Notes under the pieces: model-generated
The model's input: the letters and a program-made list of their open reading frames with translations, nothing else
Told to the model about the DNA's origin: nothing
Databases searched by the model: none
Source: Klebsormidium nitens
Taxonomy: Eukaryota; Plantae; Klebsormidiophyceae
NCBI GenBank assembly: GCA_000708835.1
Contig: DF236992.1
Coordinates: 80,513 to 144,512, forward strand
Length of the DNA stretch: 64,000 nt
Direction: 5' to 3'
Shown here: positions 1-19,700 of the stretch, piece by piece
How positions within the stretch are numbered: position 1 is the first letter of the stretch
How the letters are laid out: each line of letters begins with the position of its first letter
Position numbers and translations under genes: made by a program

Positions 1-2007
1 TACAGTTGCAAGCGGAAGCGCCCATTTCAGTTTTCAAAATCATGCGCCCCATGGTCGCAGTTTGAATTTTACGATCTCGACGACCGTTGGCAAATTATGC
101 CACGTCAGCATTTTCAATTTGCCCGATTATAAATCGCGGGTGGTGGTTTAATCGAATACGACCTGTTTTACCGATCTATTTAATGAATCCGACCCTGAAT
201 CTGAATGTGCTCGGTAGCTCTCCCCGAGGGTTTTTTTGCCCCATACCTGCGTCAATGAGGCTGCCCGGCAATAGTTCTGAGAATCCGACCCCAATTGAGC
301 AATCATTTATCAAATCCGAAAAACCACTTGCCGAATGAAAAACAGGTCATGTAACTTGCCGAATGGTAAACAATTATTTATTTTTTCGGCTTCATACCTT
401 TCCACTACGGTATCGGTCACATTCCCCTAGGTGTTCAATGTTGCCCGGGGCCTCGCATGTACAACATTCCTCTGCGGTTGTAGTTTTTCTTTTACGGAAC
501 AGTACCTTATACCGGTACCGGTAGCCTATACCTAGGTATTAAACTCTAAGGGGGTTTTTTTCTAGCTTGTATCTGGCTATCAAGTACCCACGGTACCAAT
601 CATTGAACCGACAGAACTGGGGCCTGGCTGTCAGCGCCCAAGCCGGGAATCGTGAGTCGGGACTCCACCTGGCATGCAGGCCGGCGCTGATAGAAACTGG
701 ATCATGGCCCAGCCTGGGTTGCCCAGTGCCGATCCTAGATTGCCGGCTGGTTTGCCGCGCAGCCTGTGCGACCTGATCGGGATCATTCGCAGAGCTGCGG
801 AAGGGGCCATGGCCTATTCAAGTTGGCATCATGAAGCGGCAACATTCTGGAGGGTTGGGGGCCCGGGAATGACATTCGGATGACTGCCTCTTCATCTCCA
901 CCTCTATTTGGGTTGTGGTCTCGTCGCACCACCCACCTTGCATGCGCTTGTGAGACCAGCTCCCGGCGGGACGAAGATTTGCAGCAGGGGGAGGAGGCAA
1001 GGGCTTGACGAGGATGTAAGGGAAAAGTTGAAGCTACCCGGCCGCTGGTTTGTGCTCTCTATTAAGCATAGAGTACTACAGGCAACCGACAGCTGGAATG
1101 GGCCGCCTCTCGGCAAAGATGCTTCTCGAAATGTGGGTAGAAGGATCGTCGTGGCTGCCAATGAGCAGAGCTGCTGAGTGCACCTTGATAGGCGTCGCAC
1201 CGCAAGAGCTAAATGAGGGCACGACGCTGCGCTGATTGGCGGCCCCTTCTGGTGGCCTGCTCATTGGTGAGTGATGTCATGCCTCAGATGAGCACGTATG
1301 GCGATAGATCAGCCCGGCATTTCCCAGATGGCGCAGAACGGGGTGGGGTTTGGGTCTACAGAAACGCTGTCTATGTCCTTTTTGGTCCTCTACGCCGTCG
1401 ATTGAGCTTGTACCTTCCATGCTGAGCGGCGGACACCTGTTCAGGAGTCCTTCCTGTTTTGAAAGCATCTGGCCACTTTCCGAAGGAGGCAGTTGCATGA
1501 TGCATGGACTTGGCCTGCTCATGTACCCAGAGGAATCTGATGCGACCCATTTTGGAACATTCTCCTAGCTCCGAAAGCTTTAATGGTCCGAGCTCTCAAG
1601 ATGATTGTGTGCATCGATCGAATTCCTCTTAAGCGCCGACAGACCAGTCAGTGCTGCACACGAGCAAGTGTGACCATAACGGTGTCGAACGTCTTACTGG
1701 GACATATCAAATCTCGAGCTTTGGTGTCTCGGCAGCAGGCATCTCATGCTTCTCTCTCCGTTGCAGGTTGAGTTCTTGCGCCGATCTGCTCTCACATTTC
1801 GCAACCGCATCGACGACCAAGAGCTTGGAATACAGAGGATCATATTGTAAGGTTCATGCCAGCTGTCACCATTCTGCTGCTCCTTACTGGGTTAGCTATG
1901 TAGCGCCAGCTATGGGTGGCTGGTAACCTTAGAAAGTTTCTTTTACCGCTGTCCCTCGCCAATCGGTTCCAGCCCGTAAAGATGCGCAGTGGTGGGGGTT
2001 GGACAGA

Positions 2008-5000
2008 ATGCAAGCCCGAGGCGGAGGAAACCAGAGCGCCAGTCGTTCTACCCCCCCTGAAGGGATGATGAATCCTAATGTGGGCCCACCGGGCACGAAA
2101 TCTGCCCAGGCCTCCAAAAAGGTGGGCACTAATCTGAGGGCAGTAACAGGCCTTGATCGCACATCAGAAACTTTTAGTTACGCCCCTTTCATATCGTAAG
2201 TCAAAGCTGGTCAAACGCCTGCTTGCCGCGTAGCACAGGCTGCTTGTAGTGCCGGCAGTCTGCGGGAAGTGAGACAGCATTCTGCGTGCCCAGGCCGGTT
2301 GTTTCTTGAAGATCCCGCTCGAGGTTACACCTCTGCCCTTACCATAGGCAAGCAGTGTGCATCCTGTGGTTGGCGCCGCTGTTTGAGCGGAGCAACCGAA
2401 GCGATGTAGCGGTTTTCTTGTGGAGAGAGCATGGCTAAGAAAGATGTTGCAGGCATCTCTTTCCTGTTCTCCAGGCTCACGCCACCGATCTGATTGCAGG
2501 ATGAGGGGGTTGGTGCTGGGGTCACCGGTGGTGCAACGGTTCCCCCCGCAGAATACAAGTCCACCAGAACGATCTGGACCCCGGTGGGTTTGCACGAGTG
2601 ATACGGCCTATCCATGGCTGCTCAGCTTTTGATGCTTGGCTTCTGCTCAGAAGTTGGCTTCTGTTTCAGCCGACATGAGGCTCTGCCAGCTTTCTGCAGC
2701 ATTTGTTGGGCGCACATGAGGTTCTGCAAGCTGTCTGCAGCAAAGAAGAGGTGTAGGAGATTGGCACTGGTTGATTGGGGTGACTCAACTTGCTAGTTCT
2801 TCTCAGCGAAAGAGTTTGGGCTCCCTTGAAGAGCTATTTGTCAGACCTCGTTGAATTGGAACCATGCTAGTTGTGAGCTGCCGCCTGATATCAAGCCTGA
2901 ATGCTTCTCTTCAATCAAGAACGGCAGCATTTAGCGGGTAAACTTGGCACAAAACTGGTTCACGCTTTCTTGTATTCCTCCCATGCTGCCACCAATCTCA
3001 GCCTCTCCCCGCACATCTTGTAAGATTATGGCCCACTTCTTGTCTCGCCACGCCATCCTCAAGTATGATAGATGCACCATCTTGCCAACCAGTGAGTGGC
3101 GGCGCTGTTGATTTGTCGCTCATAAAAACTTGTAAAAAGTAGGAATCTTCTCTGACATTACTTTTTGCCTTTCTCTTCTGCCAGCTGTGAAGTTTGATGT
3201 GGGCTCTCTTCCTCATCGCTCATTGCTTCGTGCATGTTAGTTGTCCCTGGAATCCCCTATTCTTTTGATCCGCTAATTGGCGTTGCCTAAAGACTCTTCC
3301 AGTCCCACCTGCCACCATTTGTCGCTGATCCCCCACTCTGCTGAGGAGTCGTTCAATAGCCTCGGCATGGGCAATCCCCCTTTGCCACCTGTCGTTACCA
3401 GGTTGCCAGCTGTAATCAGCAGACTGGTTTCTCCGACTGTAGTCACCGCTTCCTCTGGCTACATTCCAGCTCTCAACAGCAGCTTGATGATTGGGCGAGA
3501 GTTAAGCAACGCTCTCACTTTTCATCCCCAGAACCGAGTATGCCAGCTGTCAGTGCCAGCTGTCGTCAGCAAGTGGCTGCTAGTGATTGACGCATGAGCC
3601 TTTGACGCGCAGGAGGAGGACCGCAAGCTGCGGGAGCACGTGGGAGCCCATGGGACGCAGGGCTGGTCCCGATTTGCAAACACCCTCGCGGACCGCTCCG
3701 GCAAGCAGTGCCGCAACCGGTGGTACCACGTACTCGACCCGGAGCTGTCACGTGTGAGCCCACTTGCCTTCATTCCAGCAAGCAGCGCGAGCACGTTGAA
3801 AGCCTGTTGCTCAAAATCCACTAGTGCATTCTTTAGTGACACTGGCAGAGGTGTAGTGTGTGGCTCATTGTGCTGAGATCGTGTCTACTGGCCAATCGCG
3901 TGGAGTAGTTGCCAACACCTCGGGTCTCTTTCCGATGTCCCTGTGCTTCCTTACCACCCTTTCGTTTGTTGTCTTCCAAACCCCCCTCTACGAGACCGCA
4001 GTATGTTTTCGACTGCTTGAAGTTGCTTGCCTACCCACGTGGCAAGTGTCAGCCGGTCTGTTGCGAAGGAAGAGGCCACTCCGGGGCAAACTTTTGGGCT
4101 TTCCCTGCTCGGTCAGCTCTGTCATGGCACGAAGCGAATGCAAAGCTTCGACTTCGACGGTCTCTGAAGCTTTCTACAGACCTGTGATGACGCCTCAAGT
4201 GCAGCCTTCACAGCGCATTAGAAGAGATGGCGAGCAATTGGTGTAAACAATGTGGGCTCTGATAGTCTGTTGCACCTCGTTTGTCCTTAAAGAGGTGGTC
4301 AGCCCCTCTTGAATACCTCAGATGAATTGTTCTTCGTTCAAGGGACTTTCTTCCCAAAGTATGCTCTGAGTCCTCCCAGCTTTTAGACATCTGAGAATTT
4401 GACGCCAAGCCGGTTTGTTTCTGTTACAAGAAGAGTGGACACAGAATGAACTCAGCTTTTGTAGACTCGTTTCAAGCTTCTGCAGTAAAACTTTGACATC
4501 TTTTCTAACGGGCTTGTGTTTTTGACGCCATGCCGGTTTGTGTCTGTTTCCAGGAAGAGTGGACAGAGGAAGAGGAGCAGATTCTGGTGGACTTGCATCG
4601 GAGGATTGGAAAGAGGTGCGTCGCCAAAATCAATAAAATTCTCATTGCTCCTCTTCGTGCCGGTTGCCAACGTCCTGGCCAGTCAAGCAGAACATTATTG
4701 AGCCCAAAGAACGGCCTTGCAACCTATTCCTGCCTTTCAGCGGTATCCCAGCTCTGAGTCTGTCAGCACCCACACGATTACGGAAGCGATGCTTTGCTGA
4801 CTTCAATAGGAAACTTTGAGTTCTTTGGGCGGTTCAAAGGGAGAGATGCTTTTCGTGACAAGAAAAAGAGGTTTGTGGGCGGTTTCAGTTCGACGGATTC
4901 TGGCTCGTACGCTGACGTGGTGACCCGCTCACAAGTGTCCGTTTCCAGCTGTTGCACCGGCAACTGAATCGCAATGCGTATTGGCTGCAGGTGGGCGCTC

Positions 5001-7958
5001 CTGGCGCGTCAGATCAAGGGCCGGAGCGAAACCGCTGTCAAGAACCACTGGAACTCGGTGAACCGAACCAAGGTATGACGTCAGTGCCCTTTCTACCCGG
5101 ATTCGTCATATTTCTCCGGTCTTGGTCGCTTAGATTTGGGTTCAACTGACGCCCGGGTGATCCTCTGCCATTGGCGTTTTTTAAGGTGTAAGGTCCTGGC
5201 ACGCTTTGCGGTGATCCACGCTGCGTCCTAAGGATCTTGAGTTTGTCTACGGGTTCGCTGACAAATTTACTCTACTCTGCGGACCACTCAGGGAAAGGCG
5301 TTCGGTAGCGCCTCTGCTCTCTCTTTCCTCGGCAACCCTTCAAAACGCACGCAGATGTCGCAAGCACGGAGGCTCCACCGTACAGACGAGAAAGCTTGCG
5401 GCTTCGGCAGTGCATTCTGCTGAGCTTCCAATGGGTTTGTTTTAGAAGGCCACCTAAATAGTTGTGACAGGAGTACAGCTGGTCTTCTGCACTGCCGTTG
5501 CCGGAACGCAGGCGCGCCAAACCCCTTCTTCTAACGTCCTGCTCTCTTTTTCGTCGCACAGAACCACCCCCCCCGCAACGCCCGCTCCAGTGTCCTCCTA
5601 AACTACCTGTTAACCCTCCAACCGGCCAGCCCTCACCAACAAGCGATTAGCGACTCGACCCCCTCCGCTAGCGCAGAAGAAGCCCGCCAGTCCTTCTCGG
5701 CCCCCCTCCCCAAGGAGCCCTCCCGTTCCCTTCCGGGGGGTCTCGTCAGGGCCGAAAGTCTCCCCCTACCGGAGGGGAAACGGAAGTCGCCACCGAAGGA
5801 CATCACTTCAGAAGGGGGCCTCGGGAGGCACGTGCTCGAGTCCCCCCCTAAGCGTCAGAAGGGAGGGGAAGCTCTGCCCCGGGGGGGTAATGACGCCCCT
5901 CGTAGGCACCCCCAGCCGCAGAAGAGTACCCCCCTGCAGGGAACCGGGCTTGCTCCGGACGAGCCCACAGAAGCACGGGACCCGTATTTGGGTCTCCTGT
6001 ACCCGGGGGATCCCTTCTCTTCGGGGGCGTATCCCAGGGGGTTGGATCCCCAGGATTGGGCCCGGTTGACTGGGGAGGGGGCCCGAGCCGCCAACCTGGA
6101 AGCGGAGTGGTTGCTCGGGGGACTTCGAACCGGAAATCCCTCTGGCCAATCGCTTTGGGGGGGCAGGACCGGTCCCGAGGGTGTTCTCGAGACGGCTCTT
6201 GGCGCCGCCTACGATGGGCTGTCCGAACCGGGGGAGGACGGTGCGCGGTTCCGGATTCCAGACACGCTGTTTTTGCCCCGACAACGCCACTCGTCGCGAG
6301 GCACGGCGGTCCCTCGTTCCAGGGGGCTGGATCCAGCGGACCTGTCCTTGCAGAGCGCGTCGGGACTGCTCGCCGGAAAGGCGGACGAGCGCTTTTCGGG
6401 GGGGTGGGCCTCTTCGTTGGTTTCCGGCCGGGGGGAACGAACGAGGCAGGAAACGCGCGCCCCCGATGCCCCCCCCGACAAGAAGTGGCCGGAGTCGTCC
6501 GGCCAAGCGTCGCAGCTGACGCTGGAATCGAGCCCGACTGGCGTTCTGGGGGGGTTGGGTGGGGCGGAGTTCCAACCCCCCTCGGACGAGGCGGTCACGG
6601 AGTTCTTGCAGCGCTGGAAGGCGAACTTTGACAAGTGGGGGGGTGAGGACGCCCCGGTTCTGGGGGGGGGCCGGCGGATACCTCCGGCCCAGTCAGCGAT
6701 ATCGTCAAACTCGGGGACGCGAGGAGAGTCGCACGTGTCAACTCTCCGAACCGAGCCCCCCGAACTGACGGACACTCTCGGGTCCCGCCCCGTGCTTCAG
6801 CAACCTGGCCGGGGAATGGCACCGCCGTTCAATCCGGGACTTTACCGGAGCTTAGAAGTGGCCCCTCGCCAGGCAATGGCGCCTTTCCCTGGAGCGCAGC
6901 ACACCCCGCTTGGTAACGTGACGTGGCGGCAAAACCAGGAGTTGGGCGGGGGTCTTTTTGACGCATCGCGGGGGGGGCTTCCAACGCAGCCGCGAAGCCT
7001 CGCCGCTGGCCTCCGGGAAGCGGACCTTTTTCCACGGTACGTTGAATCGGGGAGTGATGTGCCGGAGATCCCCCGGCTGAGCACGGACCAGCTGTTGTTG
7101 CTGCTCGAGAGCTACCGGAGGCTGGACGCGGTGGATCCCCCGGGGGGGCTCACGGGCGTACCGGCGTCGTTTGGAGGATCCCTCGAGACGGGCCGAGGGG
7201 AGCCGCAGAGTCGCCGGCACGCGGAGGCGGAGCAGCTAGCGACCGCCCGCAGCTTGACCCACTTAGAGCTAACCGGCGCCTCTAACCCGAACCCGGCGCC
7301 AGACCCTAGTGCGCCCGGGGGTGGGGCAAGGTCCCCGCGGCGGGGCGGGATAGCCCGCGAGATTCAGATTAGCCCTAACCTTCCAATGTCGCTTGCTGGA
7401 TTACCTAACTTCCCCCGGTATGGGGAAGCCTTAGCGGCGGGCCGCTCTAACCAGATTTTTCCGACGACTCTGGCGATGACCCCTAACATTAGCTTTGGCG
7501 AGCATCTGAGCCAGCTGGCCTCCATCGCTCCGGCGCCCAACTTCCAGTATTTTCAAAGCGACCGGCCGCTGTACCGGGCCGGCCACCAGGCGCCGGCATT
7601 GCCTTTCCTAACCCATCAGGGTGACTTGTCCGCACTGCCCGGGGGTGTGTACCGGGCACTAGGGCCCGACCCGGAAGCTAGAGTACCTGCGGCGGCATTC
7701 GCGCCGGCGGACGACGCCGGGCGGAGCGCCTTAAGCGAGCAGCAGCGAGTAGCTAGAGCGATGCCCGCGAGTAGCGCGTTGTGGGGCCCGTCGATGAACC
7801 TCCTGCGCGACGAGAGCCTCCCGGAAAGCAGAAGCGCCACATCCGGGGTGGCCACGTCATCGGAGCTTCCGCCGAAGCCGTCCGGAAACGAGGCGGAGAA
7901 CAGTGCCGGCGGGAGCGTGGTACCGGATATGTGGGACGCAACATTTTTGGGGCCTTGA
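2008..7958 (+). CDS. R2R3-MYB transcription factor (basal, c-Myb-like repeats) with long low-complexity C-terminus, ~959 aa
   Basis: In-frame exons 2008-2121 (5' end uncertain), 2500-2583, 3613-3753, 4554-4615, 4991-5072, 5562-7958. R2 = RTIWTPEEDRKLREHVGAHGTQGWSRFANTLADRSGKQCRNRWYHVLDP; R3 = EEWTEEEEQILVDLHRRIGKRWALLARQIKGRSETAVKNHWNS. All junctions are GT-AG and the last exon contains the 708-aa ORF. Confidence 0.88.
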
Positions 7959-9801
7959 AGTGGGTGTAAACGGAAAGTAGAACTTGCGGTCTGGGAAGAC
8001 CTGGGTGTAAGCCGAGTGTTGATCCTTCCGGACGGCGAGCCTTAGGAAATGCCCATTGTCAAAGGTTGTCAGGCAGCGCCGGGTTCAAGTGTTGTCGTCA
8101 AACCGGTACGCCCATTCTGAGGCAATCAGCCTCCGGGTCCTAAGCTGCTTTTACGGGTCCGGCCAAAGGTATTTTGATTTGCTTGTCTTTCATAAAGTCC
8201 GTGGAGTTACTTGTATGTGCACGCTAGGTGCTTAGCTCAGACCAGGTTGAGCTGCAGTTGATTGGTTACAATCTCTAACAAAAGGTGTATGTCGTACAAC
8301 AGGTTTCGTTGGTCTATTTACTCACTCCGCTAACCGTAAATAACCCCCGCGTCAATGCTAGATTGACGTGGACATTGCATCGAGCTGATCACGAACCTAT
8401 GCAAAACGGCCGTCCGACTTGAACATAATAAACATATCCACATAGTTGTCAATTTTAGGGTAGTGGTTATAGCCAGTTGATTGTAAAGTAATTTACAATG
8501 AGAGCTTCAATTGCAGAATATCTAAAGCAAACTGGCAAGTGACCCATAAATGATACATTGCTTATTGATTTGTACACAAGATCGCCATTCGTTGAGTCTA
8601 GAACCTAAACTTCTCTTTTCCCCAATCCGACCAGTGCATGCGCAGAAAGAATTTGTGCCATGTGCACGTGTCCAGTGCAATCACAAAGCTTGAATTTGAC
8701 CTAGCTATAATCAAAGGGAGTCAGAGAATGAAAGTACGCCATCGACGGAGATTTGGAACATTAAAAGCTAGGAGGTGTACGAAGTTGTCGGAACATGGTC
8801 GTAGAGTATTGACTAAGGAAACATGTATGGATTGAACATGGTCGAAATTTCCAGCCCGGGGTATATACATACTATTTTCACAATTATGATGCATGCATGC
8901 AACGTGGCCATATATATGCGTGCATTTTTTTATGCATCCGGAGACCATGACACGTCACGCACGCGCGTCTCGAATTGATAATGACCCAATGTATACTTGC
9001 GCTGGCGGCAGCAACTTGTCCTTTTGAGTACGGCCGCCATGAGAATAGCTGATCAAATGCATATGTCGTATCAGCCGCCAAAAGCGGTGCGGCGGCCTCT
9101 GGCTGATTTAACATGTGAGCATTTTCATGCAAGTATCTCATGCACAGGAACGAATAGCGCCATGCAATCATAAGCCATGCTTTCTAACGTCCACTCGAAT
9201 CACTTCGCCAACCGTCCGACTAAATAATTACAAACTCAACATTGTAATTGTCCATATGGGACGACTACGTCGTGATTAGCATGACAATGACGCCCTACCC
9301 GCCCTGGCTGTCTCGGTCGGTCTCATGATCCTAGTGCCTGACCCGTTCACCATGATCGAACCTCTACAACGATGCATCCACAAAGGTTTCGATGAACGAT
9401 GCATCCACATTGAACCACAAACCACAGAGACTCACGGATATGCCCCTACAAGGCCTTTGGAAGCAGGGACTCTCCAAGTACCAGTGCTTATTCTTCAAGC
9501 GCAACATTTTTGCCAGAGATCTTTTAACACTCGTCGTTTGATTCTGGAATCTGAACAACGGAACTTTTGCGTCCGGATGGACGGCCTTCGCCCTTGACAT
9601 GAGGGGCTTCGAGTCGAGTTACAACGGCTCGGGTGGGTCCACTCCTCCCTTCACCAGAAAGGATCTGTGCGATGTCCAGTGCTATGCCGCACCATTTTCA
9701 AACTGTAAGGAGCTAAACTGCATAGTTGCCTGTTACTGCCGACCTGCCCTCAAGCTTGGGGCACCGGTAGGAGGGTCACGGTTTGCAACCAGAGGTTATG
9801 C

Positions 9802-16488
<6,687 letters not shown>

Positions 16489-16727
16489 GATAACATAATG
16501 CAGCAGCTCGTCTTGGAGCTTCAGAGGCTTCAAATGGTTGCTACAGACTCAGTCTTAGATTCTCTGAGCTAGCCAGCGATATACCACTGCCAGCTATGTA
16601 TGTACAGTACGAATGCATGCTCGGCATTGGTCGCTAGCTCTGTACTATTTAAGTTTAACACAGCTCCTCACCGTCTCACGCGGCCGGCCGCGACTTGGAC
16701 TCCTGAGGTTTCCAAAAGTTCGTGAAA

Positions 16728-19700
16728 ATGGCGGGAATGCAGAAGAAGTGCGCGGGAGCTTTCACCGTGCAGTCCTGCATGCTCCATTGCCATCAGATCG
16801 GGCATTGGTTAGCTGGGGCATATTACCGAGTGAGTGCACGTAAACCCTCCAACCCCGGCCGCAGAATTTTGACAGTCGTCGTCGTCGCGCGGCCGCGCGG
16901 TGAAATGTTGCAAACAGATTGCTGAGCTTATTCTGAGTAACGAGTTACTTAGGTACATCGCAGCTGATCGCAGCGCTTTGTTGAAGATCAAGTGGTCTTT
17001 CTGTACTTTTTGCCTTTCACAATAGCATTGGAGAAACACGATGATGGCTCCTTTGACAGTGTGGATCCCACGTTGAATGTGGTCTTTGAAAGACTTCTGT
17101 CGATGCAACACAAGTTGAGGAAGCTGGTCCTGGAAGATCCTGCAACATTCTCGCAGCACACGAGCTGCAGTGGCTAAACATGTAACGTGCCCCGAAAGGT
17201 ATGTTTCTCCTTGCACTAAATGCGGTGATTGCTGCTCGTGGGTGCAGAATGACTTTTTGAAGCATTCTCCTGATCTTGCGCAGGTTCGTGAGAGTCCATT
17301 CCTGGATATTTCACTGGCCTAGCTAGTCAAACTGATGAAGCAAACGCTATTTACAGAGTTCTGCCCTCCCAATCATGTTTGAGGTGGTTTTTAAAGAAAA
17401 GGAGCACAACTCATACAGCATTCTGCACACCACCGGTGGCAAAAAAGATATAATGCATCGCCCCAAGCCCCATGATACACAGTAGTCTCTGCAATCTCTT
17501 TGCAACTCACTTAAAGCCTTCCGCTAAGTGTCTCTTCGCTTCTTGACCTGGCAGCCGCTTGGAACCTTCAACATCCAAGAGCAAATCCTTCCTCAAGCTT
17601 GTGTTTCTGACACCCTCTAAACGCTTGCAGACAACCCTGCTGAAAACTACTTTCCAAGCAAAGCAACCTGGTACCGGAAGCAAGCCGTTGGAGCGAGCAG
17701 CCTTCTGTGTGGAAGTAGGGATGGAGCGTAGGATGGGGTCTAGAGACGGCGGGCAAAGATTCGGAGGGGGGAATTCATACGACGCTGCTTTCCCCTCCTT
17801 AGGGGCCACATTGGCCCCAAAACGACGAGCGGACAAACAGGTGCGTCGTAGCGTTGCGGATCTTCTGACTTTCTAGCCAAAGTGGTATGATTCTGACCTG
17901 CCCAACTATAGCAGCACGTTGGCGGACAAGCGGTTATGGTCAAATTTGAGAGAGACCGATTTGCAAGTGGAACAATGAAACCTGCTGCTTATGGGGGTAG
18001 GCTAATGGAGTGAGCTGATCGCATTGATAGCAGCAGCATGTCGAAAAAAAGATACAAGAATTTGGTGAAGGATGATCAAAGCAACATAACATTTCCTCAG
18101 GTTTGATTTTCAGTTGAATATCAGTGGAGAAACAACATCCTTTTGGTTTTACAAGAGAAGGGACTACCCTTTTTCTTCTAGTCCAGAGCAACTCTTGTCT
18201 CTTTTGCAAGGGGGACCATAACCCCACCTAACATGAACTGTCGTGTCTCCGCAAGTATGAAATGACACCTTTTATTGGTGGTGAAGTGATGCTGATCCTT
18301 TTCTCTTGCAGAGAAAGAAGATCACCCCCACCCCCGTGGCGGCCGCCCAGGTTGACAGCACGTTCCTCCTGGCCCAGCCTGCTGAGGACTCCGGTCCCTC
18401 CTTCGGACGTACCGCAAAGTCAACGGAGGTCGACCTGCGCCTGCTGCTCAAAGAGAAGAGAGGCCGGTCCAAGGGGGGCCAGAACAAGGAGCATCCCCTC
18501 AGCGAGGCGCCTCTTATTGAGAATCAGAACAGAGGGTTTAGCGGGGCAGTTTCTGGGGATGGCCAGCCAGGAAAGCTAGCTGGGGCGTTGGAAGGCCGGC
18601 TAGGGGGTGGCCAAAGCGCCTGGGGGACTGAGGAGCCAACCCCCAGTGCATTGCCAGGGCCGTCTGCCGAGTTTCATACCCCTCCCAGGAGCCGCCGTTT
18701 GGCGCCTTCCAGATGCGATGGCCCCCACCTGTCCCACCCAGCGGAAAGCCCCCAGCTGCTGACCCCCACTTCTGGGGCCCAGTTTAAGATGGCTGAGCGC
18801 AGGCCGCCTTCTCCTCCCAAGCCGTCTGGGGAAGTATCCTCCTCGTTCAGGTTGCCAGAGAAGCCTCCAAAGCTGCCCCCAGAGCAGCAGAGGGCGGCGG
18901 AGGCGCACGGGGAGCTTCTGAAGAGGGGGGGTGTCCCGTTTCTGTTGCAGGAGCTGCAGCTGATCGTTGAGCTGCTGACCGCAAACCAAACTAGCTGTGC
19001 GGGGGAACATGCGGTGACTGAGGGGAAACTTGGTCACGCACTAGGGGGGTTGAAGGGGACAGCAGGTGCGCCTCAAACTCTAGCGAGCAAGGGTTTAAAC
19101 AGGGGAGAAGCTGAGGGAGAGGGGACGGGGTTTATAAGCTTGTCAGGGGAAGTGCACTCTGAGCAAGATTTTGTGTCGCAAAGCTTAGTAAAAGGGGCAT
19201 CGGAGGGACCAGTAAATCGATTGGAAGAAGGAGCTGAATCAGCGGGGCAAAAGGAAGCGGGCGGACTCGGATCCGGAAGACAGACGGCAGGAATCACGGC
19301 AGTTTCAGAGCCACTAAAGGCCTTGGAGCGAACCCCAGGGTCGTCTTCCTCACCAGAAGGGAAGGAAAGGCCTTATTGTGAAGGGGAGTCCGCAACATCA
19401 CCAGAGGCGTCTTTGCCCCGGGGAGTGCTCTCGTTCTGTTGTGGGGACATGGCGGCCACGTATGCCTGCGAGGTGCTGGAGACGTCACTGCCGCTCATCT
19501 TGCACTGTAAGCAAGCTTCCTGTCCTGGTGAAAACTTTGTCTATCTTGGCATGATTCGATGAGCCAACGTTCGCGTTTGTATCTCACAGTGGAGAGCTTC
19601 TGCCTGTGTCCAAAGGACGTCAACAGGACGTCAACAGTTGGTCAATGAGATTTCGGCACTGATGGCTTTCTCGGACCTCTGGACAGCAATCATACTTTTT

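Noticed and set aside
1-1990. Short ORFs and small repeats upstream of the MYB gene (e.g. ACTTGCCGAATG x2, palindrome TACCGGTACCGGTA)
   Set aside because: I could not build a consistent spliced model or element boundaries; they may be promoter or 5' UTR sequence.
5808-6775. Long antisense/alternate-frame ORFs (255, 191, 188 aa) over the MYB last exon
   Set aside because: GC-rich shadow ORFs of a real coding exon, with no recognisable motifs.
8638-9171. Harbinger/DDE-transposase-like peptides (RRFGTLKARR on +, LAADTTY..PY on -)
   Set aside because: The two motifs are on opposite strands and short, and I found no TIRs. Insufficient evidence.
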